Origin: Ascidiella aspersa
Taxonomy: Eukaryota
Length of the DNA stretch: 64,000 nucleotides
NCBI GenBank assembly: GCA_963924565.1
Contig: OZ004608.1
Span: 5,332,001-5,396,000, forward strand
Direction of reading: 5' to 3'
How positions within the stretch are numbered: the stretch's first letter is position 1; every line of letters starts with the position of its first letter. Shown piece after piece: positions 38,400 through 50,500 of the stretch. The notes beneath the pieces were generated by a model that worked only from the letters and a program-made list of their open reading frames with translations, was not told the DNA's origin and did not search any database. Made by a program: the position numbers and the translations under genes.

Positions 38400-38640
38400 A
38401 TTCTTTTGTACGTTGTTAATCGTTAGCGGGTTGAACATGTATTCTTGGTGCTCGCAGCGCCCCAGCAGCCTATTGGGCTTGGCCAATTAAGAAATCAGAA
38501 CACGCAAATATTTGCAAGTTGGTTTTCCCGTAAATGACGGGGCCCACTATATAAGGCAACTCACCACCACGTGCAACTAAATCACGGATCCGTTGCAAAA
38601 GCGCCTATAGGTAGATTGTCAGGTCAACTACAGGTGTTTT
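38400..38640 (+). promoter_or_regulatory. Promoter of Ly6 gene B
   Basis: Paralogous to 31050-31270. GGTTTTCCCGTAAAT at 38521 and TATATAAG at 38548. Confidence 0.6.
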
Positions 38641-39483
38641 AACAAGATACAGAGTTAAGCTTATCCAATCTCCTTCGGAAAGCTTAACTTCAGATAAACG
38701 AAAGTTTGCAGTAGCTCAGCGCGAGATTAAAAAACTTTTTAGGAAAAATTTTGAGAATTTTTTTCGAAAAAAAAATCCATTTGGATTTGGCGCTATCTAC
38801 TCTCTTCTAAAATATTATAAAATATATTTAAAAAAAAATCCAAAGAATATTGAATCGTAATTTTGAAAATTGAGAAATGTTACCAAATTCCTCTAAATAT
38901 TTGCAATAAGGCCCTGTTGCTAAAAGCATGTAAAAGTACAATCCTTACAGCATGGGGCTTCTGCAAAAATCGTTTTAAAACCATACAATTTTTAGCTTTG
39001 TTAACTTAACTGAAATTAAATCGTCTCACTAAATTTCAACCAAGAATAATATTATTTGTAGAGAAGATGCAGTTTAGTAATAATATTAACATGTAAATCA
39101 ATATATGACCCGCTTGTGTATTTTATTGATAAAAGTCTCATTCTTGACCCAGCAGGCAATAAAAAACGTTTACCGTCCCTGGTCTAAGTTTAGGTGACCT
39201 TAAACTATTGGTAGCCTAGTATACTTAGTAATTACCAGCAAGGAAGTAGTTGACAGTAAAATATGATTCTACCTTTGTCCGCTTGCTAATAATAAAACAA
39301 GAACCAGCCTTTGAATTGTTTGCTATTTTAATAAAAGTTTGAATGCGAATAATTACGCCGTTATGTTTGACAAGAGCTTGCATGTCTGAGTTTGCTCTTG
39401 TTAAATGATATAACTGAAGTTCGGGACTTTTTTTCAGGGGTAACGAGAATAAAAAGTCCAAGAAACACCACACACTTGTCGAT

Positions 39484-41041
39484 ATGTTGTCTCAAGTTTT
39501 TATCAGTTTGTTATTGATTGGCTTCACAGCTGGACTTAAATGTTATGTGGGAGGTCTTGACAATCACAATGAATTTGAACCTCAAGATACTATCACTGTA
39601 CCCAACTTATTCGCTTGTATTCGGTACGATTATGTCTTAGGCCCACAAGGTAACCTATAATTTAGTAATACCCAAGTAACAATATCTAAATAGAGCAATA
39701 CAATAGTATTGAGACCAACGACATTGAAAACCATAAACCCCGCTGTTTTTGCACTGGGACATTGAACTTCGTTTGGCGTTAGGTGTGTAATAGGTGTGGT
39801 TAGAATTTGTTTTATGATTAAAATAAAAAACCTGATGATGAAGTTAGTGGATTGGGTATTGGATTCGTTCAATCCTACCATTTCGAACTGTGTTTTATTC
39901 TAACATTTTCTTAATTTTGAACTGTGTTTTATTCTGACGTTCATGTTATTTTAATTTTGGTCTTATAGCCGGAGTTACTTTTATACCCAATTTTATTTGT
40001 TTGTTGATTAGTCGTATTGGAGTAGCAAGGCGATTTGAAACAACAATAAGTTTTCTTCTGTAATACAGCTAGACAAATAATAAAAAAATCTAAAAACTAT
40101 GTTGTTTTAAGCCCTGCTTTTAAACGATTAAAATGTTTGCCTTTAGTAAATATATTTTTGTTTAGGTAATTCATCTGCAACAACAGAGTTTTCTGGACTG
40201 AGTTATACATTGGGATGTACGTGCGACAAACTGGACGACGCATGTTCCTATCTGGCTAACGAAAATTTGCCAGATAGCTCTCTCGACATACTGTAAATAT
40301 ACTTAAGTATTATTTCATGCACATTTTGCAAGAAAATATAAAATTGTCCAACTTTTGTAAAATGGATAAAAATTAAGGTCAAAGAAACTGTGATTAAACA
40401 TGATTTTTTTTTTTAATTTTTTTTGAAATAATTGACCCCCTATTTTTTCGACCTTATAAAAAGCTGAGAAACGTCATTTTAATAAAAAAAAATGTTTATA
40501 CAGTAACTGGTAGTTTAAAATGATAAAAAGATATAAAAAAACAAACAATAAACACGATAGTACATTAATTAGTTATCACATATTCAGTTAATGTGATGGT
40601 TGAGCATGTTTTTGCTTTGTCAAGTCCCAATTGCTGGTTTAAGATAACTTTAATTGCATTTATTTCTTTTTTAGCAAAAAATCATTATATTTTAAATTTT
40701 TTTTATGGCCCTCTAGGAGGCCATGACCCACAGGTTGGAAACCCCTGTTCTATTGTGATTTTTTGTTGGACTTGTCCATAATCTTGCTTTAACAAAGTTA
40801 CGTTGCATTGGCTTTCACAGTGCATTTTTCCCTTTTGCTCAGTTTTTCTTTTCTAACACGATTGTTTAACGTATTTCGCAGATCTTGCGAGGCAAAATGC
40901 TGCAACACCGATCGTTGTAACGGAGCGAAGCTGTCAGACATCAAACATTACAACGGGGCGGCCGACGTTATGTTTACCAAGAAAACAACTATCTGTGTCG
41001 CACTGGCGGCCTTAGCGTCTTTCCTCGTTGGTCAATATTAA
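39484..41041 (+). CDS. Ly6/uPAR (three-finger) protein B, probably GPI-anchored, 150 aa
   Basis: Exons 39484-39649, 40166-40292, 40882-41041. MLSQVFISLLLIGFTAG-LKCY...ACIRY...LGCTC...SCEAKCCNTDRCN followed by a hydrophobic tail. Confidence 0.88.
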
Positions 41042-41625
41042 TTGAAAACCGCCAACTTAGGACGTTTTATTTGCCCTGTGAAATAAACAGCTAGCTTAAT
41101 CACGAAAGGGCCATGCACACAAGCTACCTTAATGTTAAACCTTGGCGTTGCAAAACCAAGTTTAAAAATGACTTTTTGCATCGGTAATAATTGGTATGTA
41201 TTGGAAATGAATCGTCTGAAAAAATAAACCCAATACACCGCTGTGCTCTGACATTAGCGCCGCAATAAAAATAATTGTGTTGTGTATTTTGTGTTCATTT
41301 TATTTGAAACAATTAAACGTAGGTTACACTATAATCAATGCAAAAAAATTGTTGTAATAAAAAAGATAATGTTACGGATGCCTTTTCTATCGCATCGTTA
41401 TTTGAAATAATTATTTGAATTAAATTGTTGGACAATAAATATATACCCAACACACCCGTGTGCTGTTGACTTATAGCGCTGCAATTCAAATTATTGTGTT
41501 GTGCATTTTATTTGACCATTTTGAAATCTTGGGTTTATAGAAAGAGCCAACTCTAAACTTACCTTCTTTGTTAATGGCCGCCTTTTCCTGACTATTTATG
41601 TATAGTATACCTTTAAGTATTTATA

Positions 41626-41799
41626 ATAGGGTAGGCCTAATCAGGTGACGCTAGATAAAGACAAATTGTATTAAATTCTCGTTTCCGCACAACCGTGCTT
41701 CATCAGTTTTATACTTTGACCTGATCAAGCACGGTTGTGCGAAAACTTGTCGAGAATTCAAACAATTTGTCTTTATATAGTTCCACCTGATTACCCTAT
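41626..41799. mobile_element. Palindromic MITE, same family as 59959-60189
   Basis: Ends tagggta..atcaggtg / cacctgattaccta and inner inverted gcacaaccgtgc / gcacggttgtgc. Confidence 0.7.
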
Positions 41800-43810
41800 C
41801 TACACATACAGGTTCAGTTGGAATAAACCACACTGCAGAAACTTACTATTATAGTAATTGTTAGCCGTTATATTTAATCGATTTGCAACTTTTTTAAAAG
41901 GTATAAAAAAAAGTTGGATGAACATGCCTTTATAATGGTAAGAAAAAATATCCTTAACAAAAATGGCATTCCCTGTTACAAGCCACCCTGTTTGTTGTTT
42001 GAAATACACTTATTTCCGCTGGAGTTCGCTGCTGAGCCTGCGAAAGAAAATCTACCGGTAGATGGCGTGTTACACCACATATTTGCTTAAATGAAGTGTT
42101 GGAAACAATTACACATAGGTTATAATGATAATCAAATAAGGAAAAAATGCGGTTGCTTTTTGTAGAAATACAAAAAGGCACACAAATACTTCGAACAATT
42201 ATTTACTTACTGTAACTAAGAACAACACTTTATGTATGTTGTTTTGTTATTTTCGGTTTAGCCTTTAAAGATTTAGCTTTATGGGGCAAAAACCAAACCA
42301 ATACCGTGGTAAGACATTAATGGGCGTAACCATTAAATACGAAATGTTGTTAGCCAAGTCGTATTAAATACACGCTGACGTTATACATTGCTAGAAAATC
42401 GACTTTTTCCCAATTATATTGTCTCATTGAAGCGAGACCTTGATTATAAGTTGTTTTGAAAATATTGCCCATCCTTGAGTCTTATTAGGACAAATTACCA
42501 ACTTAAAGGTATACTATTCATAGTATGTGTATTACATGCCAATTTGAAAAGTATGATATTTGCCGAAAAAAAAAAAACGAACTTGAATTTAGTAATTTAA
42601 ACTATATTTGTTCGACTTTCATTAAAAAAGAATAAAGAGTTTTTATAGCAATAAAAAACTCAAAAGGTTTTATTCCAATGAACCTTTAAATAAGGTTGCT
42701 TTGTCATTTCCATTTCCAGGCAGCTGTTCTAAGCAAACCGTTTCTAAAGGATTTTGCCAATATACGTTCTGAAAGTGGCTTTGTCAATAGACCAATGAAG
42801 CTAGCCTCAAGTGGTTTTAGACGTGATTTGCTTAATACTTACTTGTGGAACCAATATGGAGTACTTATCTTTTCGACAGAATATTCGTTAAAGGATTAAT
42901 TTTTCATATGTCAAAAAAACATTGTAAAAAAGCTTACAAAAAGGGTAAAGTTTGCATTTCCTAAAAAAAACTGTTTGAATTTAAGAGGTGTGTAATCAAA
43001 CATAATAGTTAAAATGTACAGTAATGGTGTCAAGTTATCAAAAAGTTCTCAAATATATTGGAAAATTTGTTCTAGTTCAACAGCAGTAGAGATAGAGTGC
43101 TATAAAATCGCGTCAGTCCAGGCAGAAATCTCGATATTTGGCCTGAAATATATCCAGCAGTAAATATAGCAATAAAAGTAAGGTTTATTGTCCGCGGTTG
43201 GTTAAATATTGGGTTAAAGAACGTGACTTCTAAAAGACTTCTATTAAGCTTTACTCGGTTAGGTTGCAGGTTAGATGGGGTGATCCTAGCTGAAGCAGCT
43301 TTACCTAAGGTAAGGCAAAATATTGTTCAAAATGATCTGGCCTCATATCAAAGTCAGTCATTTAAATTGATGTAAAAAATAAAACATTTTATAACATTTA
43401 TTTTCTTCTTATAGCCTGGGGCTATACTTAATTTTGCAAAAAAATTAATGTACTCGACAAAGTTTGCTACGGTTTACCGCATTCGTAACTTGAACAGCTA
43501 TTTGCCTTCGTCAAGTGTTTAGTTGGTTCACAAAGAAACAATATTGCTGGTTTGTATTCGCTACGGGCATTGGATACGTTGTGCCAAGCTAATAGAATCC
43601 TAGAGACCTTGTTAAAATAAGCGTGTGGCTGTTACACCGGTAGACACATAGCAGAAGTTTAGATTTTACTTAAAGAAAAGATGAGTTTATTTAAAGAAAG
43701 ATGTGCCAAAATTCAGGAATATTTTAGCAAAACTAAACTCTTTTTTACAAATTGATATTTTGTAACTTTTTGTACATATCAAACTTTACATTCAAGATCG
43801 TATTAGCTCG

Positions 43811-45234
43811 ATGTTCAACTTACTTTTAATTAGTTTATTACTGATTGAAAGAACATCAGGTCTTGGTTGTTATTTTGGCAACCTCCATCGCCACAGCGAA
43901 GTTAGTGGATTTCAGATATTCAACCAAACAGTGCCTGCACATTTTGCTTGCATCCGGTATGACACAGTCTTTAACTACACAGGTATAGTGTAAAATTTAA
44001 AAGAATTATTTGGTCTTTTCAAAGTTTTCGAAATAAATATATTTTGGTAAATAAACTGTAGTACACTAGCATAGAATTGCTGATTGTGCGTATGCTTTAC
44101 AGCAAATCTTACTATTAATATCAAATCTATTTGTATCTAGATGAAATTTGACTTAGTTTTAAATTATGATAAATGTAACACTTAAATGAACAATTATAAT
44201 AAATATTTTATATTATTGAGGTATTTTAAACCAAAAACGATTCTGCGTTTTGAACGAGGGGCGGATTTAGGATTTTTGTTTGGGACTTACTGCAGTCTTT
44301 CTTAATCAGGTGAATGGTTCACCCCAGGGTGAATAAATTTTTGCAGGTCATTTTGTGCTGTTATTTATAGACGAGATAGTTTTACCATATCATGAGACAA
44401 GGGTGAATAAAATCTGGAGATAAATACTGGGGGTGAACAGAACTAAAAAAGTTTAAGAATCACTGCTCCACGGTGTTATTCTATTAATAACAATCGGCCG
44501 ATTCCTTATTTTCGGTTAGGTGCTGGTGAACGCGTGGAGTCCAGTCTAGGAGCGATCGCCGAATGCACGCCCGAAAAACTGGACGAAGTCTGTCGCTATT
44601 TAACTAAGGGCTCGACTTCGGCGTTCAGGGAAGTGAAGTGAGTAAACTGTTGTTATTCAAAATTGTAACAAAGCGCATTAAATCCGTCACGCATTTTCGA
44701 AGGTCGTGCGAAGCCAAATGCTGCATCACTGACCTTTGCAACGGGAACATACTGCCAGATATCGAAGCTTACCTGGTACAGACTGCCACAGACAGCAGCA
44801 CGAGAAGTTTATCCTATACACAATCTGCAAACGATGATGTCATAATCAGCACTGTCACGGAATTGTCGTCAAGGCAAACCACTAATGGTGACGTAACAAT
44901 GGTGACAACTGACAAGAAGCCGTTTACGCAATCTACTAGCAGTGACAACACAATCAACACCAACACACATATTACTTCAAAACAAACAGCCAGCTGTGAC
45001 GTAACAACCAGAACAGCTCTTTATCCGAAACAACCTACCAGCAATGACGTCACAATGGGAACGAAGACATTCTTGTCAGAAACAATCAGCGATGTGGCAG
45101 TCAAAAAGCCTGCCCATAAGTCTAGTATCATAGTTGTATTTGCGATTATCGCATCCATTTTGATACTCATTTCAGTTTGCCTTATTTGCGTACGTCATTT
45201 ATTACGTCATAACCCGCAACGGATTCGCCACTGA
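43811..45234 (+). CDS. Type I membrane protein C: Ly6/three-finger domain, Ser/Thr mucin-like stalk, TM helix, short basic tail, 273 aa
   Basis: Exons 43811-43982, 44520-44637, 44703-45234 have the same phases as genes A and B. LGCYF..ACIRY..ECTPEKLDEVC..SCEAKCCITDLCN. TM segment IIVVFAIIASILILISVCLICV; tail RHLLRHNPQRIRH*. Confidence 0.88.
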
Positions 45235-47558
45235 TCGTAATTATTAGATATTTTCCAGGGTAAAACTGTGACGTGTTGTATATGTTTAAACTGTTTCATG
45301 CAATATGCAAAGATAAACCTGTACACATTCAAAATAAACGCTATAAAGGCAACTAAAACGCAGACAAATATGCTTCTAAATAAGGTGGCGTGCATCAGTT
45401 ATCGATAGGAGGCCAAATTCGAATATGAAATGTAAAGCGGCTCACTTTGGTTCCAAAAGCAATAAATACAGTCAAAATACATTGCAACTGAACATTTTAT
45501 GTGCAGCACAAAATCATTGGTAAAGGGCGTCGTGTGTGTGGCCATACAGACAATATTTCTTATTAATACAGCAAACCAAATGGCAGAATGCATCGAGTAT
45601 TAAAACGGGGCAAATGTGTTCACAAGCAACCAAACGTAAACGATTTACACGCGCTAACGAAATATTCGTTTTGTAAGGAACTGGCAGCCATCTATACGCT
45701 ACCACAAACACATTACTTAATATTGAGAAACGGCTGGATATGACCGATACTTGGTATCGTATTCCGAAAACCGATATTTAGGGCAATAAGTATCGCTATT
45801 GGATCCAATACCAAACAGCTTTATTACTGGGAATAAACAAGCAAATTAGATGGAATCTGTGAAGGCAGTGTTTTACGTTGGTAGGCCACAAATATGTTTT
45901 GCGTTATTAGGAAGCCTTTTATCTTCGATTTTTAAAGGGCTATTTACTAATACAACAACAGTATCAGACAAGTACCAATGATACCATCTGGCATCGGGAA
46001 TCGGCCGTGATAAGACATCATCAGACATCCATAAAAACGACTATCAAATGTTAGTCATGTATCTTACGGTGACACGGTCACATAAGATACAACTTGTTTT
46101 ACAGGGAGGTGTCTCACGCCACATTTAACGCAATTGTACAACACTCTACCTTATTATTGCAAGACCCGACCGTAAAACTTGGCCGCCAACTGTTATTGTT
46201 TTTATTGAACGCCTATTTCAAACAATTTTAACGGCTGCAAGCAATTTTCTGTATACTTATAGTTAACATGGCAGACCAATGTATTCACATTTAACATCAA
46301 AGGCATTGGAAGGTTTACATTATCCGGTATGCGGACAGATTTTTACTCCCACGTTTTGCGTTTTAGTGTAAAGCAGCGCCCGAAACATATTATAAAATGA
46401 TTAGAGATTCATATTAAGCTACACAACGCAAAAGTAGAGAAAACGAAATGTTAGCGTGAGGAGACGAGAAGAAAATAAGGCACAAATATGGTGCAGCATT
46501 ATAAAGCTTTGTTTTTCAGTGTTGGTGCACTTACTACGATTTCGATTTTTGTAATACAGAAAGATACAGTTACACTGAAGATTACACTCAAAGCATTTCC
46601 TAACATAATTAAAGTAAGGTCAGGTGAAACGTATTTGTACAGAAACGATAGTGAAAGTCAAATAACATTACAGGAAAGATGTTTAACATCATTGATGTAA
46701 AATAAAAGTAAAAATTGCTTTTATTCTTTTTAAAGGCTTTTCATCTGTTGTAAGTAAGAAGTATTATTTATACATGGGTATATTATGCTTCAATGCTAAA
46801 TAATAAATCTAATTCAAAAATTGGTAGCCAAAAAAATTGATTCATTTATTGTTGTAAATAAAATATTGCCTTTTTATTTTTGTCATATATTTATTCGGTT
46901 TTCGTTGGTTTGAACGGACCGAAGCCAAGCTGTGTATATAAATATGAATGGTGCTGAGCTAAAAAACGTCAAAATATAGCAATACTTTTACTTTTAAGGC
47001 AGAAAAGGAAAGATGCCATTTGACATGACTGGTTTAACAAAGTCTTACATGATGGATGATGGTGGATTGTAACAAAGCTTGCCAGAGGAAAAGGCCTTTC
47101 AAAAGCCAACAAACGGCAATAAACATTTCATGGCAACACCACATTTTCGTTCGTTAAGTTTCAAAAGACACTTCATTAAACTAGACTTTTATTTGGGTTT
47201 TAAAACATGAAACACAAGAGCTTTACTATTTTTCGTGGGTCGGAGGGTACCGTCGCTTTATTTAGTGACAATTAACTTAGGCAGCACTGAACGCTTCAAC
47301 CCCGAATTTATTTTACGGTTCTTTCTTTTTCAGAATTTGAAAGTGTATAGTTAGTAATGTGTTGCTAAGAAATAAAATTTTTTGTTATTTTGTTCTCATC
47401 TTTAAAGTACAAATTCCGTTGTGCCAATTAAAATGTCATTTTGTGCTTTGCGCAACGCCTCTTCCTGAAATTTCCGCATAATTTTTTGAGGGGTCTGTAA
47501 GGTTGCAGGGCTCGCTACTAAACGGGAAATTAAGACAGTTTCCCATGGACCAGCGCCC

Positions 47559-50500
47559 TCAAACGGCCACAACGTTGCTCCAGTTCCGAACGACTTTTGT
47601 GTCGAACAAGTGTGACCACTTGTCTGCGCGTGGATCGTAAACTTCGACGGATTTCTCGTCGTACCTTAAGCACACATCAAAATGTGTTTAACGTTTATGT
47701 AAAAAATCGAAGATTTTGTTAAAAGTATATTTTAACCAGTTAAAATAGATCTTTAGTGAGTTCAGGTGGTGGAAAAGTATAAGTATTACTAAAATAAGTT
47801 ACCTCAGATTTGCAATTAGTTAAAATTCATGCCCCTCTTAATAAATGTGTTGTGTAACAATCCTGTGACCACAGGACAGTAGAATAGCTTTTATCTACTG
47901 TTTGTCTTAAAAAAAACGAAATAAATAAGATTTTAAACCAATTTGTCGGATCGGTTGTTTTCCGTTGGCTTTTACAAAAACAGCACCTGGAAAACAAGTA
48001 AATTTCGCAAAATATAAATCTCACCCTCCGACAACGTAAATTTTGTCATCCAAAACACAAGCTCCATGGTCGTAACGTCCAACGTTCATGGATTGAACCG
48101 GGGACCACTTGCTTGTTCTAGGATCGTAGCGTTCAACGCTGGATTCGTTCGGGGTTCCTTACGAAAAATGTCTTTTTAATTCGGAAGCGAACAATTACAA
48201 CAAGATACAAAGCAAAATAGAAAATTTAGCATGGTAATAAAAAATGGTGGGCTTTCAAGATAAATAAGTTGTCCTATTGCTACTAACAAATCGTCAAAAA
48301 AGACGTTTTTAAATGTTTACGGTTTTTTAAATTTTGTTGTAAGGCAATAGACCATCTTGCTAACATATGTTCCAAATCTTTTATTTTGAATAACAAGTTA
48401 ATATAGATAGTCGACTCGGCTAAACACAAGTTTTTGTTATTTCCATAACTTAATTGTTCAGATTAAAAATGTGCAATATTTCATATTGGTAAAGCAAATA
48501 TGTTTGGATTTTAATAAGTTACTGATATACGATTCAGAATAGGTTGCAACTAAAATGTGTAAAATTGTTATACTATAAGATACTTCAGGTGCATTTGTAG
48601 TACACCTACAGTTTGTTATTTTGAGTAAATCGCATCGTAGCGTTGTTTGTTTAACAGCCTACCTCCCAAAGCGTAAATGCAATCTTTAAGGGCGACAGCA
48701 GCCAGCGCTTGCCTCCCTTTGAGCATCGGGGCAGCTTCCGTCCACTGATCCTCCTCGTAAACCTCACAGGAAGTCATCTCCGACTTGCCATCCCAACCTC
48801 CGATGGAGTAGACTTTTCCTGGAGTCAGAAAAAGAAGCAGTTGTGGTATGCCAAGGAAAAGATAGCTTAAAATTAGTTCGAAGTAGCATATTTGTTTGAA
48901 ATGCTCACACGGTGCTAGGAATTTAGTAGTTTATTTTGAACTAGAAGCATTTATTTATTGCTTAAATATCAACATAAGGTTTTAAGAAGTGTCTAAAAGA
49001 ACACAATTTTTTTAATCGAGAATGAGAAATTGTAGACACAGGGATGCTCAATGCTTTGTAGTTTATTCCAAAAGGGACACCAAACATTTTAGCCAAAGGG
49101 CACGTCTGTCCGAATTGCTAGTAACTATAACTTTATTACTACGTTCTAATAACAAAAACTCACAAAATTGAAACATGCAAAGAGAATTATTTTCAGGATA
49201 TTATGCCATAACTTGCTTTGGCGCTAAAAGCTTAGTTTCTTTCGATAGTTAATTTACATTGTTGTGGGAAATGTAATGACGTCATTTGGTATTCTGTTTG
49301 GTCTAAATATCGCATTTCAGTTTTGGAATGAAATACAAAGAGTCGGACGTAGTATATTAACGGTAACTTTTTAACGTTTAGTAATTATAAGATAAATGTT
49401 CGTAAACTGGTCGACTCACCTCCTAACGACGCCATCGCGTGGCTCGATCTCGCCAGAATCATGTCGCTCGTCTTTGACCAGGAATCCTTCGTGACGTTAT
49501 AGAGGAAACACGTGGAAAGACGTCGGTTCTGTCGGTCAAATCCGCCGGAGAGGAAAATTAGTTCTGAAAGTCGAAGTTACAGTACAATTGCAGTGTAGTA
49601 GTTATTTTTTACAAGGATCTTGTAAACGCGTTTTTAAATATTTTTACTTGCCTGAATTGTTTTAATATTCGAATGGTGAATTTTGCGCGCAATTCTTCTT
49701 TAAATATTCGAAATTATTTTTCTTTAAATATTGATGCAGGAATAAATTGTGTCTTTAAATGCTTCTGCGGGATTGATTTCTTTAAATCTTTATGAAGAAA
49801 TACACTAAGTTTTACCCCATTAAGACAGGAATCGCATATACCTGTTGATTCCCACACACCAATATTTTTTTTTTCTTCCCATTCAGACGAGTCACACCCA
49901 ATACATTCAGCCCTCTATCGTAAAGTAAGTTTTAAACTCCCAGTGAAACAAACGTTAAACATCTGTTGTAGAAAATGGTTGCAGGTTGTAGTTAGACGTA
50001 GTAAAATACCAAAGCCCATGCAGAAATAGGTAGCATTTTGAATATTTCGTAATATCTCCTAAAAACGGACAAAGAGAGCCGAAAGTAAAAAAAAAAAAAT
50101 GCTACCTAATTCTGTTTGGGCTTTGATATTCTAACTATAGCTGTTGTACAGTTTTACAGTAACAGATTTTTATCTTTTTTTACAAGCAGTCATACTTTTT
50201 CTGCATTATCTCTAAGTTAATAAAAAAAATAAAAAAATAAAAATAATAAAAAAAAAATAAAAAAAATACAATTGAAAATAATAATTATAGTTATAGCGTG
50301 TCGGGCAATGCACACTTCGTGGCGTATACCCCATGGGTCGGCCACATCCTAAATTAAGAGCTTACTAACCTTCGCAAACGGCCGACGCGGCCGACATCCT
50401 TGCCCCCGGCATCTTGGCCACTGGGCTCCACTCGGTTCCGGCGGCCACGTCGATAATCTCCCCGCTTTTGAGGGGCGCCAGGTCCCCCTCTCCCCCGAAA

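Larger units (their letters stand above)
27960..41300 (+). repeat. Direct segmental duplication: unit A about 27960-34350, unit B about 34360-41300
   Basis: Collinear similarity over upstream DNA, the inverted Ly6 remnant, promoter, exons, introns and 3' UTR (e.g. 28500-28760 vs 35300-35590; 32133-32340 vs 39650-39870). Confidence 0.92.

Noticed and set aside
45399-45430. Peptide YSNLASY shared between ORF 45399-45593 and kinase exon 1
   Set aside because: No similarity on either side. One 7-aa match among this many ORF residues is plausible by chance.
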